A DNA stretch of 64,000 nucleotides from Bacteroidota bacterium (lineage in GTDB: Bacteria > Bacteroidota > Bacteroidia > JABEUT01), in NCBI GenBank assembly GCA_013289475.1, contig JABCZW010000005.1:18081-82080 (forward strand), given 5' to 3'. The position numbers and the translations under genes were made by a program. Positions 57,401 to 64,000 of the stretch are shown here, in pieces (the stretch's first letter is position 1; every line of letters begins with the position of its first letter). Under the pieces are notes generated by a model. The model saw only the letters and a list, made by a program, of their open reading frames with translations, searched no databases and was not told the origin of the DNA.

Positions 57401-60400
57401 TCAGGCCTGTTGAAGGGCTCCATGTGTATGTGTTTCCGCCACTTGCAGTTAAACCAACTGAGTTACCCGAGCAAATAGATGAAGAAGGAGGTGCAACCGT
57501 TACCGTTGGTGTTGGATAAATAGTAATTACCATAGTAGAAGTAGCTGTACATCCGCCTGCAATAGTACCTGTAACAGTATACGTGGTTGTTATTCCCGGG
57601 CTTGCAATTACGTGCGTGCCGGTTGTAGCATTTAATCCTGTTCCCGGTGCCCATGTATATGTTGTTGCACCTGATCCTATCATTCCTACTGTATCTCCGC
57701 CGCATACCGCAGGCGATATTCCTGTAATACCTATAGATACTGTTGGTGTTGGATTAACAGTAACAGCAACAGTTTGTGTACCAATACATCCGCCTGCACC
57801 TGTTCCGGTAACTGTATAAGTTGTACTGCTGGTTGCGCTTGCAGTTACTGCTGCGCCTGTTGTAGCGCTTAATCCTGCCGAAGGGCCCCACGTATATGTT
57901 ACCGCTCCCGAAGCTGTTAATCCAACTGAACTTCCTGAACAATATGTTGTAGGGCCCGATGGGGTAATACTAACCGTAGGAGTTGCATTAATAGTTATTG
58001 CAATATTTTTTGTAGCCGTACAGCCTGCAGCACTTGTTCCTGTAACAGTATATGTTTGTGTGGTAGTCGGGTTAGCTGTAACTATGGTACCCGTTGTTGC
58101 ACTCAGGCCTGTTGATGGGCCCCAGGTATAAGTTGCTGCACCGCTTGCTGTAAGATTAACTGTTCCGCCCGAGCAGAATGTTGTAGGCCCTGATGGGGTT
58201 ATTGATACTGTTGGTGTTGCATTTATAGTAACCACAACAGTTTGAGTTGCTATACATCCGCTTGCATTGGTTCCGCTAACGGTATATGTTTTGGTAGTAG
58301 TTGGATTAGCAGTAACCGTAGCGCCTGTGGTTGCACTAAGCCCTGCTGCCGGGCTCCAGGTATATGTAACAGCACCCGAAGCGGTTAAGTTTACAGTACC
58401 ACCTGAACAGAATGTTGTTGCACCCGATGGAGTTATAGAAACAGTCGGAGTTGCATTTACAGTTATTGGTACATAAGCAGAATCGGAACAAGATCCACTG
58501 ACACCAACTACGGTATATGTAACTGTTGAACCCGGGTTAGCTGTCGGGTTTGAGCAATTAGTGCAGCTTAATCCCGGGGCAGGTTTCCATGAATAGGTTG
58601 CCGCGCCATTTGCGCTGAGTGCAACACCAGTGCCACCTGCACATATGGCCGATGAAGGCGGTGTTACTGTTACATTTAATGTTCCTGCCACTGTTACCAC
58701 AACTGTAGTATTACCAGAACATGCACCGGTTAGCCCGGTTACAGAATATGTTGTTGTTATTGTTGGAGTGGCAATTACTGAAGTACCCGTTGTTGCACTC
58801 AACGCAGTAGAAGGTGTCCATGTATATGAAGTTCCGCCACCGGCTGTAAGTGTAACACTATTACCAGGGCATATTGCCGGAGCGGCAGGGCCCACCGTAA
58901 CTGTTGGCGTTGCATTTACAGTTATTATTGCAGGTACAGTATCCTTACATCCCGATGCGCTCCTTCCCACAACAGAATATGTTGTTGTAACCGAAGGAGT
59001 AGCATTAACACTTGTTCCTGTTGTTGCGCTAAGTCCCGCTGAAGGGCTCCATGTATAAATTGTGGCTGTTCCGCTTGCAGTCATTCCTACTGTAGCACCC
59101 GAGCATATTGTAGCTGATGAAGGCGTTACCGTTACTGTTGGTAAAGGATATATAGTAATGACCTGCGTGGCATTCGCTGTACATCCGCCCGCAACGGTGC
59201 CTGTAACAGTATATGTAGTAGTTGTAGTTGGCGTGGCAATTACGTGGGTTCCGGTAGTTGCGTTCAATCCGGTTGAAGGGCTCCATGCATAAGTTGTTGC
59301 GCCCGCGGCTATCATTCCAACAGTATCTCCTGAGCATACTGCGGGAGATATTCCGGTAATAGAAACAGAAACAGTTGGTGTCGGGTTAACCGTTACCGCT
59401 ATAGTTGATTGTGAACTGGTGCAACCCGCTGCTGATGCTGTTACTGTATATGTACCTGATGCTGCAGTAGTTGCTCCTACTATTGAAGGATTTTGTACTC
59501 CCGATGCAAATGCATTAGGGCCTGTCCAGCTATAACTTGTTGCTCCAGCCGATGTGGCTGTAAGATTTAATGTTGAGCCTGAGCATATAGGGCTGTTACT
59601 ACCGGTTGTCGGTGCCGCTGGTATCGCATTTACAGTTACCACTATTGTTGCCTGTGAACTTGTACATCCCGCCGCTGATGCCGTTACTGTATAAGTTCCC
59701 GATGCTGCAGTTGTTGCTCCTACTATTGAAGGATTTTGCACACCTGATGCAAATGCATTCGGGCCGGTCCAACTATAACCGGTTGCTCCTGCTGATGTCG
59801 CTGTAAGATTTAATGTTGAACCGGCGCATATAGGGCTATTACTACCCAGGGTCGGTGCAGGTGGAGCAGCATTTACCGTTACTGCTATTGTTGCCTGTGA
59901 ACTTGTACATCCTGCTGCTGATGCGGTTACTGAATATGTGCCTGAGGCAGCTGTAGTTGCACCTACTATACTTGGATTCTGAACACCTGATGCAAATGCG
60001 TTAGGGCCTGTCCAGCTATAACCGGTTGCTCCGGCTGATGTGGCTGTTAAATTCAATGTTGAGCCGGCACATATTGGACTGTTACTGCCTAATGTTGGTG
60101 CGGCGGGTACAGGGTTAACTGTTACTGCTATGGTTGCTTGTGAACTGGTGCAACCTGCTGCCGATGCGGTTACTGAATATGTACCCGATGCTGCTGTAGT
60201 TGCACCTACTATACTTGGATTCTGAACACCTGATGCAAAAGCATTCGGGCCTGTCCAACTATAACCGGTTGCTCCTGCTGAGGTGGCTGTAAGATTTAAT
60301 GTTGAGCCGGCGCATATAGGGCTATTACTGCCTAATGTTGGTGCGGCGGGTACAGGATTAACTGTTACTGCTATGGTTGCTTGTGAACTGGTGCAACCTG

Positions 60401-63400
60401 CTGCCGATGCAGTTACTGAATATGTACCCGATGCTGCAGTAGTTGCTCCTACTATTGAAGGATTTTGAACACCTGACGCAAATGCATTAGGGCCTGTCCA
60501 ACTATAACCGGTTGCTCCGGCCGAACTGGCTGTAAGATTTAATGTGGCACCGGCACAAATTGGGCTATTGCTACCTAATGTTGGTGCAGGTGGAACTGCA
60601 TTTACGGTTACTGAAATTGTTGCTTGGGAGCTTGCACAACCACCCGGACCCGTTGCAGTACATGAATATGTACCCGATGCTGCTGTTGTTGCCCCTATTA
60701 TATTCGGGTTCTGCGAACCAGATGCAAATGCATTAGGGCCGGTCCAGCTGTAACTAGTTGCTCCGGCTGAACTTGCAGTTAAGTTTAATGTAGCTCCTGC
60801 ACAAATCGGACTATTGCTACCCAACGTTGGTGCAGGTGGCACTGCGTTCACTGTTACTGCTATAGTTGCTTGTGAACTGGTGCAACCTGCTGCTGATGCA
60901 GTTACTGAATATGTTCCTGAGGCTGCTACAGTTGCTCCTACTATACTTGGATTCTGAACTCCCGATGCAAATGCATTAGGCCCCGTCCAGCTATAACCGG
61001 TTGCTCCTGCTGATGTTGCCGTAAGATTCAATGTTGCACCGGCACAAATTGGGCTATTGCTACCTAATGTTGGTGCAGGTGGAACTGCATTTACGGTTAC
61101 TGAAATTGTTGCCTGCGAACTTGCACAACCACCCGGGCCCGTTGCAGTACATGAATATGTACCAGATGCGGCTGTGGTTGCTCCTACTATATTCGGGTTC
61201 TGCGAACCGGATGCGAATGCGTTAGGGCCTGTCCAGCTATAACTCGTTGCTCCTGCTGAACTTGCAGTTAAGTTTAATGTTGCTCCGGCACATATCGGGC
61301 TATTGCTACCCAACGTTGGTGCAGGTGGTACGGCGTTTACTGTTACTGAAATTGTTGCCTGCGAACTGGTACATCCTCCTGCCGAAGTTGCAGTTACAGT
61401 ATATGTTCCTGATGCAGCAGTTGTTGCTCCTACTATACTTGGATTTTGTGATCCTGATGAAAACCCATTAGGGCCCGACCAGCTATAACTGGTTGCACCG
61501 GCTGAACTGGCTGTAAGATTTAATGTTGCACCGGCACAAATTGGGCCATTGCTACCTACTGTTGGTGCAGGCGGTGCAGCACTTACAGTTACTACCACAG
61601 TACCCGTTGCAGGCGCACAGCCTCCAGGGTCGGAACCGGTAACCGTATATGTAATTGTAGAACCCGGAGCAGCGTTAACCGTTGTTCCTGTTGTAGCGCT
61701 TAAGCCGGTTGAAGGAGACCATGTATACGTAGATGCGCCACTCGCAGTAATATTGGTGTTTCCACCCGAACAAATTGAAGGCGTATTAGCCGATGCTGAT
61801 ACAGTAAGGTTTGCACAAGTACAATTAATAGCCGGAGAAAAAGGAGTAACTGAAGCTACAGTAACTGCAAGTGCATGCTCAGTGGCACCACCCCTCGTTT
61901 CATATATCACCGGTGCTCTGCAACGCATTTGGTTTGCACCACCTATTATCCTTGGTGTTACAGTTGGGGTTGCTGCAAATTGATATGTTGCGCAGCCTGT
62001 AGTATTATATTGCCTGTTTATTTTTGCCACCAGCGAGCCATTTGTAGTTCCACCTGTATAAGGTGTATTGCTCGACATAAAATAAGAACCTGTGCTGGCC
62101 TGGTCAACATCGGGGCTCCAATTTGCACCATCTTGCGGTGACATTCCTTCGCCAATTGAACTTAAAAGATTTCCATGATCGTCAATTATCATCATAGCCA
62201 TATCATAACTACCCGGTGCTCCCGGAAAATTAACACCAATAACGCCTATAAGATATTCGTTGTACCCAGTGCCTGCTGTTTTATTGGTAGTTAAGTGAAT
62301 ACCAAAGGGCCAGGTTTGGGTACTGAAATTAAATGAGTTCGACCAAACAATATTTCCGGTAGCATTTGATATCCGCATTATTTCAGTGTTATCGCTCTGG
62401 AAAGATTCCATGGTACAGATAATATCATTGCTTCCGTCCTGGGTAACAAAAGCCATATTCTCAATATATTCATAGGCAGTGGCAGTGGCGTTAAGGTAAA
62501 AAGTATGGCACCATTGCGTAGCGCCTGCAGAATTCACTTTTAAAACAAATCCTTCGTAATCATTATTACTGCTGTAATTGTATGTGTAACCGCAAATAAA
62601 AATATTATGATTAACATCCTCTACCACAGAAACAGGTATGTCCTGCCTTGTTGAATCAGCTACTAAACTCGGGCTGAAAACATAATTAAAAGTCCCCGTA
62701 CTATGCCCGATTGGAGTTGGCTGGGCTGGATTAGTGTAACCACATCCCGCTCCACCTGAATAGGCCAAACTGTATTTTTTCACAAACCCGTCACCCCCGC
62801 TTGCAGTGGCAGTATCTCCGTTAGCTCCGGTTCGTATAAGGCAAATATCGTTTCCTCTTTCGTAATTATTAGTACCGAAAAAACCGTCCAAATATCCATT
62901 CCCACCTGTAAAGAGCGTACCTACACCGCAATTATACTGCCCGTAAGATGAGGCACCAAGACAACATGCAACAGTTTGATCCATCTCACCCACACAGGCT
63001 AAGTCGCCATTGGCAAGTCCAATTCCGTCCTCCATGGTAGATAAGCCATTACAAAAACCACCTAATTGTGCGCCGCAGTCATATGCATAGCCACCGTTCC
63101 ATGTACCTGTGGAGTAGTTAAAAGACCCTATGAAACCGTAACCGCTTACACCACATGAACTTTGCATTGTACCTGTTATTACACAGTTGTTTGTACTTTG
63201 CTTACGGCATCTGAACATTTCAATGCTCGGAGCAGTAAGCGTCCACATATTTTTAAAATTGCCGTTGGTATCTGTTTGCAACACCGTTGAAGACTGTGTT
63301 ACCACAGCAAACATATTGCCGCCAATTATCATATTGGGGCCGTCAATATACATTGTCTGCTGGCTATATTGCTGCAGATTGGGAATATATTCGTTGAAAA

Positions 63401-63476
63401 AGCCCGTGTTTTGCGATAAGGCAGCAAAACCTGAGAGACAATAAAACAAAATCAGCGTAATTTTCTTCATCATCAA
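54474..63476 (-). CDS. Giant surface protein D: beta-propeller head, nine SNSPIC Ig repeats, further Ig repeats, PKD, type-B CTD
   Basis: Blade motifs QTDTNGNF, KVNSAGATQWC and ATGNIVWSNS; CTD PNVFTPNNDGNND...IQLIRN. Confidence 0.9.
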   Translation of the reverse strand: MMMKKITLILFYCLSGFAALSQNTGFFNEYIPNLQQYSQQTMYIDGPNMIIGGNMFAVVTQSSTVLQTDTNGNFKNMWTLTAPSIEMFRCRKQSTNNCVITGTMQSSCGVSGYGFIGSFNYSTGTWNGGYAYDCGAQLGGFCNGLSTMEDGIGLANGDLACVGEMDQTVACCLGASSYGQYNCGVGTLFTGGNGYLDGFFGTNNYERGNDICLIRTGANGDTATASGGDGFVKKYSLAYSGGAGCGYTNPAQPTPIGHSTGTFNYVFSPSLVADSTRQDIPVSVVEDVNHNIFICGYTYNYSSNNDYEGFVLKVNSAGATQWCHTFYLNATATAYEYIENMAFVTQDGSNDIICTMESFQSDNTEIMRISNATGNIVWSNSFNFSTQTWPFGIHLTTNKTAGTGYNEYLIGVIGVNFPGAPGSYDMAMMIIDDHGNLLSSIGEGMSPQDGANWSPDVDQASTGSYFMSSNTPYTGGTTNGSLVAKINRQYNTTGCATYQFAATPTVTPRIIGGANQMRCRAPVIYETRGGATEHALAVTVASVTPFSPAINCTCANLTVSASANTPSICSGGNTNITASGASTYTWSPSTGLSATTGTTVNAAPGSTITYTVTGSDPGGCAPATGTVVVTVSAAPPAPTVGSNGPICAGATLNLTASSAGATSYSWSGPNGFSSGSQNPSIVGATTAASGTYTVTATSAGGCTSSQATISVTVNAVPPAPTLGSNSPICAGATLNLTASSAGATSYSWTGPNAFASGSQNPNIVGATTAASGTYSCTATGPGGCASSQATISVTVNAVPPAPTLGSNSPICAGATLNLTATSAGATGYSWTGPNAFASGVQNPSIVGATVAASGTYSVTASAAGCTSSQATIAVTVNAVPPAPTLGSNSPICAGATLNLTASSAGATSYSWTGPNAFASGSQNPNIIGATTAASGTYSCTATGPGGCASSQATISVTVNAVPPAPTLGSNSPICAGATLNLTASSAGATGYSWTGPNAFASGVQNPSIVGATTAASGTYSVTASAAGCTSSQATIAVTVNPVPAAPTLGSNSPICAGSTLNLTATSAGATGYSWTGPNAFASGVQNPSIVGATTAASGTYSVTASAAGCTSSQATIAVTVNPVPAAPTLGSNSPICAGSTLNLTATSAGATGYSWTGPNAFASGVQNPSIVGATTAASGTYSVTASAAGCTSSQATIAVTVNAAPPAPTLGSNSPICAGSTLNLTATSAGATGYSWTGPNAFASGVQNPSIVGATTAASGTYTVTASAAGCTSSQATIVVTVNAIPAAPTTGSNSPICSGSTLNLTATSAGATSYSWTGPNAFASGVQNPSIVGATTAASGTYTVTASAAGCTSSQSTIAVTVNPTPTVSVSITGISPAVCSGDTVGMIAAGATTYAWSPSTGLNATTGTHVIATPTTTTTYTVTGTVAGGCTANATQVITIYPLPTVTVTPSSATICSGATVGMTASGTATIYTWSPSAGLSATTGTSVNATPSVTTTYSVVGRSASGCKDTVPAIITVNATPTVTVGPAAPAICPGNSVTLTAGGGTSYTWTPSTALSATTGTSVIATPTITTTYSVTGLTGACSGNTTVVVTVAGTLNVTVTPPSSAICAGGTGVALSANGAATYSWKPAPGLSCTNCSNPTANPGSTVTYTVVGVSGSCSDSAYVPITVNATPTVSITPSGATTFCSGGTVNLTASGAVTYTWSPAAGLSATTGATVTANPTTTKTYTVSGTNASGCIATQTVVVTINATPTVSITPSGPTTFCSGGTVNLTASGAATYTWGPSTGLSATTGTIVTANPTTTQTYTVTGTSAAGCTATKNIAITINATPTVSITPSGPTTYCSGSSVGLTASGAVTYTWGPSAGLSATTGAAVTASATSSTTYTVTGTGAGGCIGTQTVAVTVNPTPTVSIGITGISPAVCGGDTVGMIGSGATTYTWAPGTGLNATTGTHVIASPGITTTYTVTGTIAGGCTATSTMVITIYPTPTVTVAPPSSSICSGNSVGLTASGGNTYTWSPSTGLSATTGASITAAPGSTVTYSVMGKSINGCKDSATAVVNVTPTPTVNVAPGSPTICPGGNVNLTATGATSYAWTPSTALSATTGSTVNANPVSTTTYSVTGTTGACNGNATVVVTVASSLNVTVTPPAPSVCKGDSITLSANGAATYSWKPATGLSCTTCSNPAAGPGATTTYTVLGASGSCADSATVTITVNPTPTISVTPPTPTVCAGGNVTLTASGTANYTWSPSTGLSATTGSVVNATLATTQTYTVVGINASGCTDTTNITVAVGPGPSVSIAITGISPAVCGGDTIGMIASGASTYTWSPATGLNATTGVHVVASPGITTTYTVTGTDAGGCTGTATQIITIYPTPTVTITPSATTMCSADSVTLSAGGASVYTWSPSTGLSATTGANITAKPGSTITYTVTGRSASGCTATDSIVITVTPTPTVIVTPPTAGICNGDSVKLNASGATNYTWSPSTGLNVTTGTTVTAVPVSNTTYTVTGINGGCNSTASAAITVGSLTVGVSAAPPAICSGGSTIITGTGAVNYTWSPSTGLSATTGASVTANPAVTTTYTMTGTSGASCSDSITIAIIVTPLPTVTVSASSNSICSGSSTILNAGGATNYTWVPATSLNPSTGASITATPLVGTTYTVYGSTAGGCADSAMVSIAVNITPTVTITSSGSDSICTGQSITLTATGGAGSYLWSNGASTSSITISPSGTGTYSVTESNGSCADSATQSVFVYPPFVVSMKADSVCVGGQAVISVNATGGKPGYNYVWGSGLGTGPGPKMVTTSSVNPYYACTVTDGCGDVTSDSAMVFTYPTPKVSFMPSPDTVQAGQFVGFINTSTGTTNYFWTFGDGGTDTARIPYYEYNTPGAYVVTLTASNGGCRDSASDTVFVTQNIFIPNVFTPNNDGNNDVFHVTIGGMKTYNIEIFNRWGEKLFIADSPQIDWDGRSMTGVAESDGTYYYIIKATDFTGKTYNFQGAIQLIRN
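59385..61580 (-). repeat. Nine tandem 243/246-bp intragenic repeats, same family as 44515-46465
   Basis: Counted in the translation; boundaries approximate. Confidence 0.85.
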
Positions 63477-63688
63477 CTATTTCCAGTCTAAATATTATTC
63501 CCTAAATTTATCTAATATCCATGCATTGTACAGGTTAAACAATAAACATTATTTTGCAATAATCTCTTTTCTGATTACGCAAAAATCAAAATTCAACCTG
63601 TTTTATTAATAATCGAGCAGTAATAAACATATAATAATATCCCCTTTCTGATTAATAAAACCAATATAACTCCTGTATAACCAGAATC

Positions 63689-63714
63689 TTATACGAAGGT
63701 TATGGCAAACAGTT
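63689..63714 (-). promoter_or_regulatory. Putative ECF-sigma promoter for giant protein D
   Basis: Minus strand reads AAC-N16-CGTATAA. Confidence 0.5.
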
Positions 63715-63754
63715 TCATAAAAATAAAATATACATAAGCCATGGGAATAGAAAC

Positions 63755-63784
63755 AAAAAAGCCCCGCAATACTGCGGGGCTTTT
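63755..63784 (-). terminator. Intrinsic terminator after the fifth type-B CTD gene
   Basis: AAAAAAGCCCCGCA-ATAC-TGCGGGGCTTTT. Confidence 0.85.
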
Positions 63785-63803
63785 ACTAAAATATTTGATT
63801 TGC

Positions 63804-64000
63804 TTATTGTGTTCCGCCACCGCCTATCAGCTGCACGTAACCATCATATTTAAAGTTCTTGCCGGCAAAGTCAGTTGCTAATATTATGTAATAATATATT
63901 CCATCCGATTCTTTTACTCCGCCTTCACTTCTTCCATCCCAGTCTACATTTGGCGAACTAGCTGTAAATACCCTTTCGCCCCAGCGGTTAAATATTTCTA
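63804..64000 (-). CDS. 3' end of a fifth type-B CTD protein, truncated by the window edge
   Basis: Manual translation EIFNRWGERVFTASSPNVDWDGRSEGGVKESDGIYYYIILATDFAGKNFKYDGYVQLIGGGGTQ*. Confidence 0.9.
   Translation of the reverse strand, partial: EIFNRWGERVFTASSPNVDWDGRSEGGVKESDGIYYYIILATDFAGKNFKYDGYVQLIGGGGTQ

Noticed and set aside
44515-61580. Regularly spaced repeats as a possible CRISPR array
   Set aside because: Units are 243/246 bp, in frame and protein-coding, with no unique spacers and no cas genes.
35604-63444. Dozens of short ORFs, mostly on the + strand, inside the giant genes (e.g. 51531..52499, 56044..56742)
   Set aside because: Antisense or off-frame shadows of Thr/Ala/Gly/Val-rich repeats; they mirror the sense repeats and lack independent features.
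34190-64000. Diversity-generating retroelement or invertase shufflon acting on the array
   Set aside because: No reverse transcriptase or recombinase in the window, no template/variable repeat pair with adenine-specific differences seen, and all genes are full length and co-oriented.

Overview
Chromosomal segment of a Bacteroidota bacterium, judged from TAnnTTTG-type promoter motifs, many type IX secretion (T9SS) cargo proteins and a TonB C-terminal protein. The left half (1-34 kb) is a patchwork of single genes. It holds seven T9SS type-A cargo proteins (two paralogous beta-propellers, two YCF48/BNR proteins, a GH44 glycosidase, a PLD/HKD enzyme and one unknown), outer-membrane barrels, LysE, GNAT, GT87 and TPR proteins. 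It also holds a 3.4-kb phage-like immunity/replication module with no integrase or structural genes, and a GltD-like flavoprotein-korA-korB 2-oxoacid oxidoreductase operon. The right half (34-64 kb) is a head-to-tail array of four complete giant proteins (2260, 2531, 1719 and 3000 aa) plus the end of a fifth. The complete ones have varied N-terminal heads, Thr/Ala/Gly-rich Ig-like repeat stalks, a PKD domain and a gliding-motility (type-B) C-terminal domain. Four unexplained signals stand out. (1) Short DNA repeats (7-nt tandem units and one arm of an intergenic REP-like palindrome) sit in frame at the same two loop positions of three T9SS C-terminal signals. (2) The giant-protein array is mosaic and appears separately promoted, with a shared AAC-N16/17-CGT ECF-like promoter motif. 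(3) A 72-bp palindromic element is inserted in frame in the phage replication protein. (4) Four terminators share a CCYGCA-GWAW-TGCGGG core. No rRNA, tRNA, CRISPR array, transposase or reverse transcriptase was seen. Family names come from recognised motifs, not from database searches.
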